Part shown: positions 22,901 to 36,813 of the stretch, one piece after another
How the letters are laid out: every line of letters starts with the position of its first letter
Numbering within the stretch: the first letter of the stretch is position 1
Source of the DNA: the human T2T-CHM13v2.0 reference genome, Homo sapiens
Assembly: GCF_009914755.1 (NCBI RefSeq)
Contig: NC_060927.1
Strand: one strand, 5' to 3'
Length of the DNA stretch: 64,000 nucleotides
Position numbers and translations under genes: made by a program
The notes under the pieces: model-generated
What the model was told of the DNA's origin: nothing
Databases searched by the model: none
The model's input: the letters and a program-made list of their open reading frames with translations, nothing else

Positions 22901-25900
22901 CAGAGAAGAGAGCAATAAAAATAAGTCGCTGGTGGACGTCGTTGCATTTATCTGAAGTACAGTTCTATAAACTCACTAGCATGTGCTTGCACAGTGAATA
23001 TCAGATGGTAGACATTTAATAAAAGTTAGTTGAATTGAATACCTAGAACAATACTATATATCTATATGTGGTACCCAAAACATTCTAAGAAATTAGTTGA
23101 AAACAACAGGTTTTTTGTTTCTATGAGGACCAGAAGATTAGCAAGGTAGAGATGAGAAAATTAACACAGAGATGCTATCTAGCTAATTAAAGCTGTAAAT
23201 GAAACAAGAACCTCCTCGTGGATTGTTCTGCTCACTAACCTGTAATTATATTGTCAATTGCATTAACTTCATTGCCCACTAATAGAGTAAGTTTCAAGGG
23301 AGGCAGCCAATGTTGGGATGGTTACTTATTTTTATGTCCTAATTAATCAGTACTGACACCAAACCACATCCTTCCTTCTTGTTCATTATTTAAATGACCC
23401 ATTTATATGGATGAACCTCTTTGCTTTGTGCATTTCATTAGCACATTAACATGCTTTCAAAACAAAAAGGGTTGTTTCTGCTTCAGCAAATACTTTGAAC
23501 AAACAGCTACTTGAGCTACCCCTGACAGGCTGTGCAACCCTCATCTCTTACTCGGCATTTGTATTAGGCCAATGGAGAGTTTGACTAAAATCAAATGATT
23601 ACCACTTGGCTAAAAAAAATTAACTCCTGATGAGTTTTGTAGTGCTCGGGCAGGGGAATAAAGAGGAGGAATTAGAAAATAGAAGCAGGAATTTTAACTT
23701 CCCATCTGAGGTTGGAAAACAACTTGTATTTAGCTAGTTATTTCTTTGTGTCTCATATATGGAAACCTGAAAATAAGCTTTGCCACTAAGTGAAGTTAAA
23801 CCCTGTTGAAGTCATCAGATTGAAGCATAATTTAAAAGTAGCTTGGTGAGCCCACCTCTGGGACATGACTCTCTTCTTGAGAAGGTACCAGGAGGAGTGT
23901 TAACTATTTTGGATTGCTGTAGCATTGCCCTTTAATGAAAGGTTCTATGCTTAGACTACACCTTGAGAAGCCGACAACAGTAACCTTAAGTATATCAGCC
24001 CCGATACTACCCTAAACAATAGTGTTGGAGAGAATAGATGCTTTAATATGTCCAAATAAAACAAATCATTTCCCAAAAAAAAATCCCTTAGAAAAGACAA
24101 AGCATGCTGTATCCAAATGTTAATAAAGTCTCTGTACATTATGGGGCACACTTGAGATATTTTTGGGAAAAACACAGTAACTGGGGGAAAAAAACTACAA
24201 TCAAGGTTAATTTGTATGTTTAAAGACGTCTTATAATGAAATCATTTTTTAAAAAGTCAACATTATTTAACCCAGATTTATTAGTTATTCCTTTGAGTAT
24301 GATCTCATAATTGCAAATATTTCATGAATTGCTCTATAATTTTAAAATAACCTTTAAACGTATATAGAAAAAAAGTGACTTTGTAGAGACCATGAATGTG
24401 CACCCACAGGATGCATGAAAAAAAATAATAGCTCCAGACCTACATGATTATGTACTTGGACCTGAGATGAGCCTCCCAGTGACAGCCACATACACAGATT
24501 TTAAAAATGGCATGTTTCAGATGCTGTGGATGCAAGTAAAGAGCTGTGCTCTTAAAAACTGTTGGGTGACTTAACCAATAAACTCTGATGATGCTGATGG
24601 TGTACATTTTAATTTTGAATAGAATTGTACCATAAAAGTGAATAAAGCTGTATTTCTAGATCATAAATACTGAAAATGCTTTGATAATGGCAAAAAATCA
24701 TTTCTCGAGTTGGGTTGGGTAAAATTAGTTTTCGGTCTATGTTACATGGAGTTCTCTTAAATGGGATCATGGACTGTACTTGGATATGGTGGTGGTTTTC
24801 ATGTTTCATTCTCATGAAAAAAATTGCAATTTTTAGAATGTAGCAGAACAAACAAAATCATGACTTACACTCCATACTTTCATTTACTTTTGGTGGTTTT
24901 CTCACATTTTCAACAGTTACCAGCCACCTGCCTACTACCACTACCACCTTTGTGGCCTGGGAATCTATCTCTGCTGAACTCCACTTATTAAAAGGAAATC
25001 CTTCTATATACTTTACCTAAATCTTGCATCCTTCAGTCGAAGCTCATTTCATATTATTCAAACTTTGGTGAACAGTAGTCCAACATCATCCTCCTTATTG
25101 GAAAAATCCATTATTTGAAAATAGTCAATAAATCACCCTTTATCCTTCATTTCCCCCACTTGAATAAGCCCAGCTCCCTAGGGCTTTCTCCAAAGTATGC
25201 AGCCTCCAACTCACTATCAAGGAAGAACTGAGTTCCTGGGAAAATTAGTCATATATTATAACTAATTGTAACATGACATATTATAGAAGAGTATAATAAT
25301 TATTAATTTTAAACAGTAAATATAATTGCCCTAAAACTTGGCTTATACTTTCCTCTAAATTCCTCAGGAAATTCTCAAATTTCTCCTTTACCTCAGCCTA
25401 CTTCAGAAATGCTCAATCCTCTCTGTCAGTGTGGGAGATCAGTTTATATTTAGGAGAAGTGGGCAAATGTCTGGTATGGAACACATCAAAACTAGGAAAA
25501 TCTGTTCCCTCATAAACTAAGTTAAAATTTCTAAAACTAAAAGACAAGTTAATTAACCCATTGGATATAGTCATTGTTATAGCATCTATTATTGAAAGTG
25601 GGCTCTATTTCAAGCCTCAGATGTATAGAACATTCTGAAATGTTTTTCTAGGCAGTGCATACATGCTGATCCAATAAAACTTTCTTTTGCTTTGTTTAGT
25701 ATGGAGATAGCTACTCTGCATGTTTCACATCAGTATTTGATTCTGTGTCTAAATTTGAGTATCATCTTGAATACTAGGTATTCTCCTCTGTAGAATCTGA
25801 TCATGTGAATAATACCACAGGGAGCTGCATACTTCAAGCAAAAACTCAAGAGCTGATATTTGTTTCAACAGATTCACATTTTAAAATTTATTGTCTACCA

Positions 25901-25989
25901 TTTGTGTATGAGGCATGAAACATGACCCTTATACTGGACCACAAATGATTATGCAACTAGTTTGGCGTTTTGTATTTTAAAGAGATTGG

Positions 25990-26270
25990 GGCTCATGCTG
26001 GTAATCCCAGCATTTTTTTGGGAGGCCGAGGCAGGTGGATCACTTGAGGTCAGGAGTTTGAGAGCAGCCTGGCCAACATGGTGAAACCCTGTCTCTACTA
26101 AAAATTCGAAAATTAGCTGGGCATGGTGGAGTGCATCTGTAATCCCAGCTACTCGGGCCAGAGAATCATTTGAACCCAGGAGGCAGGGTAGCAGTGAGCT
26201 GAGATCGCACAACCACACCCCAGCCTGGGTGACAGAGTGAGATGCCATCTCAAAATAAAATAAAATAAAG
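25990..26270 (+). mobile_element. AluS (Sz/Sx-like), slightly 5'-truncated, (TAAAA)n tail
   Basis: Alu consensus from ggctcatgctggtaatccc to catctcaaaataaaataaaa. Confidence 0.95.
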
Positions 26271-27104
26271 ATAATCATAAACATAAATGAAAAGATTGAA
26301 CTGATAGATGATGAAGCAAGATCTATTCACTGTGCAAGGATGAAAGGCCCCTACAGAATCCCTTCCTGAAACTCAGGATTGATTGTTTCAACCCTGTGAT
26401 ATTCTGCTTTCTGAACAAGATGCCAGAATTCTACTGTGAGCTCTGTGCAGGCTAATTTAGGAGATGCAAGATATCTGTTATCTCCCAGTGATCTCTCTGA
26501 GCCACAAGGTCAGATTCAACTGAATATTAAGGAGGGCCCTGAAAAGGCTCACAGGGCCACTTTGAGAACCATAAGGGTGAAGTGCATGACAGCTGGTTAT
26601 GGGAAGGGGAGGGTGAATTCTGGTGGTACCATCTCTACCCAGTGACCATTCTTGTCATCAGGGTTTCCTAAATCAGCCTAATAGGAGACTGAAGATCTGA
26701 ATTCGGGTATTGCAGAATGTTTGCAGCCTCCCAGGGAATGGAAAAAGATCTGGATCAAATTATATTCAATTTAGAGGCATGTGGGGCATTCTAATGATTT
26801 CCATTGCCCCTGTGGTCATCTTGGGTGGTGGAGCTCATTAAGGCTCAATCACAAAAATTAGGGCTCAGAGGATGTCAGACCTAAAAAAGGACCCAATGTG
26901 GACCACCTAAGCTCAGTGAGATGAAGTGACTTATCCAAGACCTCAGCTCCAGGCCATCTTATAACTAATAATAGGTACCTCCATGACTAGCAAAGGGGTG
27001 GCTGACATTTGTCTTTTAAATACCTATCGCAGGAGGAGTCAGCTAGAACAAATCAACAGAGCATGCCGAGAGTCTGAGAGAAAGTTATCTGGCATGAGCA
27101 GTGC

Positions 27105-27732
27105 TAGTTCCAGCCACCATCATGACTCTTGGAATTCCAGAGTAGGTTCCTAACTCACCTTCATGGTTTCACGCTCACCCCACCGTCTATTCACCACACA
27201 GCCGTCAGGGTCTTCTCCTGGCTTCCCATCACATTCAGTCCAAACTCCTCACCATGGCCTTTGAGGCCCTTCCTCTCTGACCTCACTGCTCCTCTCTCAT
27301 TCATTCGCACTAGCCTCGTGTGTTTGGCTTTCTGGTTCTTTGAAACATCAAGTTGGTTTCTTCTTCGGCCGCCTTGGCCTTGCTATTCTCTTAGGCTGAA
27401 ATGCTTTTTCTGAAGCTAGCCCCATGGCTCACTGTTATTCCTTTCAGGTTTCTGTTCCAGTGTCCCTGCTCAGAGGGGCTACACCTGACCCCTGCTCTAA
27501 GTACCAAACCTTCTGTGTGCTACAATTCCCCCTTTACTCTTTATCCCCTTCCTCATCTTCACTTTTCTTGATAGCAGTTATTATTACCAAACATTATATA
27601 GTTATTTGTTTCTGTATTTATTCATTTTCTTTGCCCCTACTAAAAAGTCCATGAGGGTATGGAGTTTGTCTAGATTTCAGAATAGTGCCTGGAACATAGT
27701 AGGTATTCAGCTTATATTTATTGAATCAATGA
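27105..27732 (+). mobile_element. L2 (L2a-like) 3' region
   Basis: tggcttcccatcac...tccaaactcctcaccatggcc...agaatagtgcctggaacatagtaggtattca...ttgaatcaatga. Confidence 0.85.
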
Positions 27733-28997
27733 TTTGATACTTTATGGGATTACCAGCCAGTGTGATCTACAGTGTCTAGCCCCAGTAACAGGTGAGAGTC
27801 ACTGAAATAACCTGATCACAGTCCTCAGGTGGAGACCTCAGCCTGAGAGGCTCAGGGCTATTTCCAATCATTCTTGCATTTTCTATCATTTTGCCTAATT
27901 CTAACATTTCCTCTTTCTAACCTTGCTCTATCATGTCAACTAGAAACTCATTACTGCATGTAGGTTATACACACACACTTCTTAGAACAACTATATGATT
28001 TAAGACACCCTAGTGATTTTATTGGTTTATCATTAACTATTTATGGGTTTTTTTTGGTTAGTTGATTAGTGAGTTTTTTTTTAAGTTGTTGTATTTCCAT
28101 TTAACCTTCCAGGATCTTGGTTTTCTGTAATGTAGAATAGTTATATCACTATACTTGCCTTATCTACATGTCTGTTCAAAGCTTGCATTAGGTTCCGTAT
28201 TTTAAGATATTTTGAGAGAAAATAATCATTTTAGAAAATAGTTTCTGGGAGAGTTTGCAATTTCTACAGGCAGGTGTTTTCAGGGGAAAGTTAGCCAAAC
28301 ACAGAGAAAAACATTGCTTTTAACTAATGTATTGATCATTTGGGAGGGCACTGGCGTAAGGTCACAAACAAAGTAAAAATGTTAGCCAAGACAAGACTCA
28401 AGAGGGGCAGAAGCAGTAGCCTGGTCTCTGCTCAAATGTCCCCATTGTATGGAGCTGGGTAAACAGGCAGCTATGCAGTCTGTTCTGTCCTCTCTCATCA
28501 CATGGGAGAGAAGCCACTAGAAAAACAAACAAACAACCAAATACAGCTCAAGGCTTATCAGCCTTTAAGTTGATGACCTTATACTCTGGGATCCCAGCCC
28601 CAGCTCTAAGGAGCTTATTGGACAATGATGAATCTAAAAATCTGAAGAAGTTCAGTCAATCATTGACTCTCAGGACAATCATACCCTCCTGCCTCAGTCC
28701 TTCTTCCAAAATCTCCAGTACGTCCTGACTGTGCCCAAACAGAGCTTGGTCTGCTTGGACAGAGTTCTCAGCAGTTTGGGCTTATATTCATGCTCTTGCC
28801 CATGCCTGCTTCACTCACCACATCACATTTGATCCGGATCCACAAGCACCCTCTTTTTCCTCCATTTGCTCTGATAAATGCTTTCTCGGTCTTTCTTCCT
28901 GCTCTAGAAGATTATCTTTTCTATTGCTTAGTTTTCTTTATTTAAAAAAAAATGTTTTCTATCTTAATGTTACTTAAAATATGTGCATTATAATTGA

Positions 28998-29205
28998 GAT
29001 GGGGATTTTCAAACTGTCTTCCTGAGGTTCCTCAGAGATCATCAGAGGAAAGATATGAGCACAGACCTTTGGCTTTGAACCTCCTGTCCCACTTTCACCA
29101 TAGGATCTAGGTTGACTTTTATCTATTTTATATATTGGGTTTCTGAGTAAGATATTGTTTAAAGAAAGATTTCCTATTGCTTTTATTTAAAAGGGTTAAA
29201 AAAAG
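28998..29205 (+). mobile_element. MER103C-like hAT-Charlie remnant
   Basis: tttcaaactgtcttcc...tttatctattttatatattgggtttctgagtaagat resembles the recalled consensus. Confidence 0.6.
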
Positions 29206-29219
29206 TTAAATTACAATAA

Positions 29220-29258
29220 CACGTGACTCGAAGGATTTGCCACCACCTGGTGGCAGCA
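29220..29258. promoter_or_regulatory. CTCF-like motif with adjacent USF/TFE-type E-box
   Basis: TGCCACCACCTGGTGGCAGCA 29238-29258 (CCACCAGGTGGTGGCA on -); CACGTGAC 29220-29227. Confidence 0.65.
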
Positions 29259-32196
29259 TACCCAAATTTCAATGTACCTAAATTTTTAAAAGGGTTGAGT
29301 TGAATCTGCTATTCTAAAATTATAAAGTGGTATCAGAAATGTCTCAGATGATGATGTATAATTATGAAAAAACATTAAAAAGTACAATATCACTTTCAAA
29401 ATACAATATAGTATTTCAAAGTTGAGATTTTTATAAATGAATTAAATTACTTTATTGTAGGGCATAGTACTTGTAGAAAACATTTCCATTATGCCTTTAA
29501 AACAACATTGCAAGAAGGTAAAATAAACTAGTAGCATTCTCTCAAATTCTTTTTATGTTTGAACATCAATGTTACCTACCTATCCTCAAATATCTGGGGA
29601 AAACTTCATTTCTTCTTCTTCTCCTTAAAGTCAACATAAATACTCAGTTTCTGGGTAAATTGTACCAGGGACATTGCCCGTGCTGCTCTCTACCTCCACC
29701 AAAACAAAACAAAGCAAAAACACCTTTTCACAGAACTTTAGAAATGACTGCACAAAGAGAATAAAAAACAAGTATTACAATCACAAGTATATTCATGGAC
29801 AAGTGGAGGAAGAAAGTGAGGTTTTGTTTGATGGTTTGTTTGCTTGTTTGTTTTCCTTTTTCAGGCCTTTCAGCTCTCATACAACAGTAACATATTGGTT
29901 GAACCAACTGACCTTGCTCTGGCCTGATTCAACCATAGTCTGTTCAGATAGAACACCTTTAGCACTCAAGAATAGGTTCCAGTAACTTAAACACCTGATG
30001 AGTGAAAAGGGAAATGAAACCTGAGCCTCACCATTCTCAAGTCACTTTTTTGACCAGACCCACATAGATGCCTCCCCAGCAGTCTGTAGTGGCCCTTGCT
30101 TTCCCCCTCCAGCTATGGGACTCCTAAGTCATTGCCCTCTTACTCACAACAATGATCTTAGGTTAAGTTTTCAGGCAGGACATGAGAAAATCAGCAGGAC
30201 AGACAAGTGGCATCCTATAACACTCCCAGATCTGTGAGAACAGAGTGAGTGGGAGTGAGAAGAGCAAGAACGCCAAAGAAATATTCTTGGCGGCAGGCTG
30301 GTGGACGCAGAAGGAAGGTTTAGTTATGGTCCCTCAACAGCTGCAATAAACTTGCTCTGTAAGAAGCCATGATTATGTTGTATTGTGGATTTGCCAGCAA
30401 GATTACATCCACACAAGTTCTTTGTAGACCATCAGTAAACTCAGGGCATTCTGAGCAAATGGGAATTAGCTACATGGGCAGAGTTTTCAACTGAAATCCA
30501 CGCCTAGTTCCCCTAAAGATTGTTTACCAGCTTTTCCCAGAGCCAGTTACAAGGAGCATAACATGACTTGATTCACAAAGAAGTAATGGAATTATAGTAA
30601 TAAAGGAGTGAGGAAAATAAATAACAGGAATAGACTTGGCACTTTTGAAACTTAAAGGTGTTTTGCCTGAGATGAACCTGAGAACTGACCTACAATGCTT
30701 CTCATACTCGTAAACATGGTGCAAAGTTTGTTTTAATCATACAGAATATGTCACCATTAATTCTTTAAGCATGCAAAGAGCATATCATAGCAAATATTAG
30801 ACACCCCAGAGGTGTAAACTATAGCTTAGAAAAACAAAACTCATTGGTGGCTATTACTTTGCAATTGTTAGATGTCACCATTGTCATTTCATGTTATAGA
30901 TCTGTGTCACAACAACATCTGTACAAAACCAAACACCACCAGCTGTGCTCTTTCAACAATTTGGAGCAATAATTAAATTGTCTTTAGTAATACACCTGCA
31001 CTGCAGATAGACAAAGCCAGTCCCATAAAATTTTACATGCTTATTTAAATTCTTCAGAAAGTTTCAATGAAGGATCCAAACAAACCAAAAATGCTAAAGT
31101 ATGTCAAAATTGCCATGTGAGAAAACAAGTACACTGATACAAATTAATTAGCCTTCCTCCTTTGGTTATAATCTAACAGGCTACATCATACTTGCTGCCT
31201 TAGCTCCTGGGCTATTATTGCCTATCTGAGATCACTTTTGATACTCCTGAGGTAAAGGAACACCAAACAGTAGTCATTTATCTGACAAAAGACCTTGTGT
31301 TTTTCTTATTCTATCAATCATTAAACAAGTAATGTCTTTTTATGTTATTGCTTTGACATTCATTAACACTCACGTCAGAGGAAATCTTTGCAATTAAAAA
31401 TTCTATTGACCATGTAAGGTTGTTTTGCCTGGGTTTGTTACAACTGATTTTTTTTTTTAACAGAAGCAACAGCACTGAGGCAGGTCAGGAACCTACCACA
31501 CAGTTCAGCTTGAGGTATCTCTTCTGACTCAAATGCTGCTGGTAATTATTAAAAAAATATTATTTTAAAAAAAATCATTTTTTCTATCTCAATGTAAACG
31601 TCAATGATAATCTTGACTGATCAGCTTAGCTTAAGAGGAAAGAATACCTCAGAAAGACAAAAGTCAGAGAGCCACAAGACTCTTGTGTTGTTATTAAATT
31701 CTTCCTCATGGCAAATGTGCAAACTTTCAGGAGAGTTTCAAGTAATAATCTGAAAAGTGTGCTAAAATCTCAAATGTTTGAAATAAGTTTTACATAAGGT
31801 CCTTGTGATTTGATACCATAAACAGAAACAGAGTAGGAGAAGTGCCTAACATGACAAAAGGAGAATTTTGAATATACCATAGAGTAACTTGTTCACTTCC
31901 AAACCACTCCTTTTGTGGGAACATCACCATAAAAACTGATTATACATCATCCACGGCAATATTATCATCCAGCATCGGGAGAAATAAACCTGAACAAACA
32001 CATTTCTTTTTAATAAAGAGCAATTTAGAGGGTGGGAGAAGAACCAATTTCCTTCTTGGAAAAATCTCTGTGTTATAAAAATGTCTTTTATTTACGGAGT
32101 GGATTAGCTTTATGGTATCTGTATTTATATGCCTTCTACTTTACAAAGAATAAAACAGAATGGAAATCGATATAAAAATACTTCTTAATATACACC

Positions 32197-32351
32197 ATAT
32201 TAAATGTTATCAATATGAAGACACATATGGTTCTCTCTTTACATACAAAGATACATATGTATTAAATGTTATATATTAAATGAGATATGTATATTAAATG
32301 TTATCAATATGAAGATGCAGAGAGAAATGTGTCTTTATATTGATAACATTT
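32197..32351. repeat. Local 25-bp direct repeat plus inverted copy
   Basis: ATATTAAATGTTATCAATATGAAGA at 32197-32221 and 32291-32315; inverted copy at 32327-32351. Confidence 0.9.
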
Positions 32352-34499
32352 CATATATAATATAATATAAACCATATTTTGACATCTATTAATATTTCCA
32401 TCTATTTATATATACATATCTCCTTATACTATAATTCTAGTATTTAATTAAATTATATTAGTATTTAATTCAAATCAAAGATTGAATTTGGCCCTAGGGT
32501 ACTATAATGATTTGAAGATACTTAGAATAGAATGTGTCACATGGATTCCATCTCCATTCTAAGAATCAAATTCAATCACAAGAAGACTTGGGACATGAAA
32601 TAAACTGAATTTATTTATTCATTCAACAAACTCTTAGTAAAGACACCAGTTTAGAGACATTGCAGCTGCACTGAGGAGGAAACACTACACTCCCCTGTAC
32701 GCACGGGGAAGTGATTTTACCTGCAGGATGACCGAATGTGTGGTTTCAGGAAGTGAACTATAATGGGGTTTTAATGTCCTTTGGGTCCTGCCTCAGCATT
32801 GTTCATTTTCAGTAAATGAAAGCAATACAAGCTTTGCAAAGGGATTTCGAACTATAATAGGGGAAACTTAGAAACGAATCCAGATACCACCATGGATATA
32901 AGATTCTGGGAACTACTTATCTTGGAGAGATCTTTAATCTGAAATCACTGCAAGTTTCATGAATATTTAAGGAGCAAAGACTCAGAGAAGACAGTTAAAG
33001 GGAAAATTGCTGTTGGCTGATTTTTAACAAATAGATCCTTCCTAGAACTCCTAGTTCTCACTAGGAATTGCCTCAGAGACAATTTCCACCTATAGTCATT
33101 ACTCAAGGATTAGAGCCCAAGACACCACACTCAGGAGGCCCGTTTATTGCAGACAGATGGTTCAAAAAGCAGCTCTCCCAGCATGAAGACTGTAAACCCG
33201 CCGCCCAAACCGAGGCCAAGAGGAGGGGCTGGGTTCCCCACCCAGTGCACACCCACGCCAGAGCTCCTCAAGATTTTCCTTCCCGCCCAGGCTGTGGTTG
33301 CTCTTCCTTCCTCACCTGATTCTACCAGGATCAAAATGTTCTTGGAATAAAATTAAGTAAAGATTAGGCCTGGAGTATAAGATTAGGTCACCCGATTTGG
33401 GTTTGAGTCGCCATTGTATCATTTACTAACAGCTTTTCCTTCAGCAAATCACTCAAGACCTTTCAAAGTAAAGTTCACCCCAGTCAGACCAGACAGACCC
33501 CATCTCAAAGTCCCCTGAACCCGGAATCTGATCTACAGAGCTCTTTTCTACTGAACTTCATGAATCACAGCCCCATTCCATATGCATAATTCCATATATA
33601 CCAGCACACTGCTCAGCCACTATGGAATTTTAATGACCACATTTTCATTCAAACTGTGTATTCACTAGAATAGCTAAACATTTTTTCTGGTTAATGTACC
33701 TCAAGTTCTGATGCTATTTGGTCTCCTGCTCTTTGCCCCACAAAGAAATCAAATATAAAAATAAACAAATTGCATAATTTTTTTTACAAATAGGCTGGAG
33801 AGAGCCTTCACTATGAATGTGGATAAGTATTGATGTCACAAAGCTCTTGATTCTTGATTCCTTCCATATCATTTCACTTTCCTTTCCCCTCCACTCCCTC
33901 ACATGTCTGAGACAGCCACGAGTCCCTCATAGAAACCTTGCAAAACTTAAGGGACTCATTGTTTGTGCTGTGCTTCAGAGGTGAGCCTAACTGAGTGCAC
34001 TCTGATAATGTTTTTCAACAATTTCATGGATTGTTTCAGATTTATGTCAGCCTAAGATTATTATCTCTTGGCCCTCAGCCTATTGCCATGAAGTCATAAC
34101 CTTTGTTTAAGAGCAGCCTAGCCCACTGTCATAATTACAGATTTGACTCTGTTAATAAAGAGAATGCAAGCCACTAAAGATTGAATTTCTGCTCTCACAG
34201 TAAGAAAATGAATGATATTTTATAGTAAATAATCATAATTTACATACTAAGAAGAAACCTTAGAATCTTAGATGATAGCCTCTCTTATAAATCATTCAAA
34301 TAGAAAACATTTATAAAATGATCTTGCGGCGTTTATCAAATACCTATGGTTATACTATCTCACAACATTTTAGTTAACCCAGTTGACTCAAAACAGTTAT
34401 AATTGTTCAAATGTTCTATACCCTCTTAAAGTTTTAGACTCATAGTCTTAATTTCACACCTGCTGATGTAAAAACAATGAACAAGTCTAATCATGGTAG

Positions 34500-34835
34500 C
34501 ACATGACAGCCCTTCAGATATTTGAAGCTAGTCCTCATGTACCTTCTAAGTGTTCTCTTCTAAAATATCCTTAGGTCCTTCCATTTATTGACATGATCTC
34601 ACTTCTTGCTATCTTTGTGCCCTTTCTTTGGAAGCTTTCTAGTTCATGAATCTCTCTCTCAAAACATAGTGTCCCCAAACAAAGACGATAACCCAAACGG
34701 GTTCCAACCAGAGGAGAGTACAACAGAGCTAACCATTACCCCATTAAATCAGGTCACTGTACTTCTATACTGGAGCCTGGGGTTCTATTAGCTTTTATAG
34801 CCACTCCAACACCTTGTTGGGTTATATTATGATTT
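34500..34835 (-). mobile_element. L3/CR1 LINE fragment
   Basis: acatgacagcccttcagatatttgaag...gagtacaacag...cactgtacttcta...attagctttt matches the reversed CR1 ORF2 3' region. Confidence 0.75.
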
Positions 34836-36501
34836 GTCAAGGCTTCGCTCAATAAGTGGCCCTAAACTAAGACATGAACTTTTAGTTCTGTTTCTCGTGC
34901 TGTCACTAGTTACTGAATTAACTTGAAGCAATCTTTCTTAGCTCTGTTTCTATATTGTGGGTTCAGTATTTAAACCTTAGCCACAGCTCTCTTTTAACAT
35001 GTTAGTTGGCTAATGTGGAATTAATTAAATATCGGCGCGATTCTGTTAGATAATAACATATCTCATCATCATTCTACACAATGTTATGATTATTCTCTGA
35101 AAGTGAAACAGCTGCACAAGGTGAGTGTCTGACTAGATTATGTCTAACCTGAACAGACTTTATTCCTCCAATCAAAACATTTTCCTCTCCTTCTTAAAGT
35201 TGACAAAGTGATTATAGAAATACAGAGATCTGAATAGAAGGAAAATGTATGATTCATATCATGTGAAGCAAGATGCCACCCAATCCACTCTAGGGAAAGT
35301 TGGGAGAAAATATGTCTTTTATTTTTTCTATCATAATGCAGAAAATAAGCACTAGCAGTGTTGATAGCCTATGGCTTTTCACTTAGAATCAACAATAGTG
35401 GCATGTCCTATGATTTTACTTTTTCAACACCATCCCCAAACAAAGCAATGAAATGTAAGATGATGTGAATGAGACCCTGAAATTTAAGGAGGCAGAATAA
35501 TGGTTTGCAGGTGTGAACATTATTCATATTTTAAACTAAATTAAAATTTTCCCCATTACTCTAGGAAAATCAAATAATGTAATTACCAAGAGGTAAGATG
35601 CTTCTGATATGTAAAAGATATACTAATTTTGATGACAGTTTTCAGTCATGTTAATCAAGTAAAGTATATTTATAGGATTTATATTACTGAGAATAATACC
35701 AAGGTGAAACTTACAAACTAATCCTTCATTTATAGCCTATTCTGTAAAATTTATAAACCCCAAATACAGGATCCTTTTATGTCCATTTCCTTCAAGTATA
35801 AATCAATATGATGGGGGCAACACAAAGGAGGGGGGCTTAGCACTGACATCAGTGCAGCTTGTTTAAATACCCAGATGATGTTTAGAAGACTGTACTTATT
35901 CTAGGAGATGTCAAAGAGGGGTTTTTAGTGAATATATGCCTCCTAAATGTCAATGATTGCTTTAAAATGTTCCCTCTAGGTTATCAAATATGAAGAGAGT
36001 TCCACTACCTTGCCTTTTTAAACACAATTGGGGCCCGACAGGACTAGACACTCCAGCAATAGCTGAACTTGAATATATACAATCTGTATCTGTGGCTTCA
36101 AGACAAGTAGAGAAAAGGAAGACACATGTCCATGTATCAAGTCCTGTTAGAAATGTAGCACAGTCTTAGACAATAGAAGAGAATCAGTGATTCAAGGTAG
36201 AGCTTGGACACAGTGCCAATGCTCCAGGGCAGGCAGAGGGACCAGGAATGCCGTGGGGTGGCACAACACCTCCTGCTGTGAAAATGGCAGAGTTTGTTTC
36301 CCATGGCCCAGTCTGTGTGCCTCAGGGTTTTGTTGTTGCTGTTGGTTTTTCTCTAAAATAAAAAGAAATCTGGTGAATTCAAACAATTATTACATTATAA
36401 TTATCGCCTGGTTAATATTGATTGAAAGAATGAATAGAATGAATATTTTTTGAACCAGGGAAAAACTATGAACAAATATAAATTTTAAAAGTGTAATATT
36501 T

Positions 36502-36813
<312 letters not shown>

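Noticed and set aside
23399-23410. CCATTTATATGG as a CArG box
   Set aside because: It has eight A/T between CC and GG; the SRF consensus needs six
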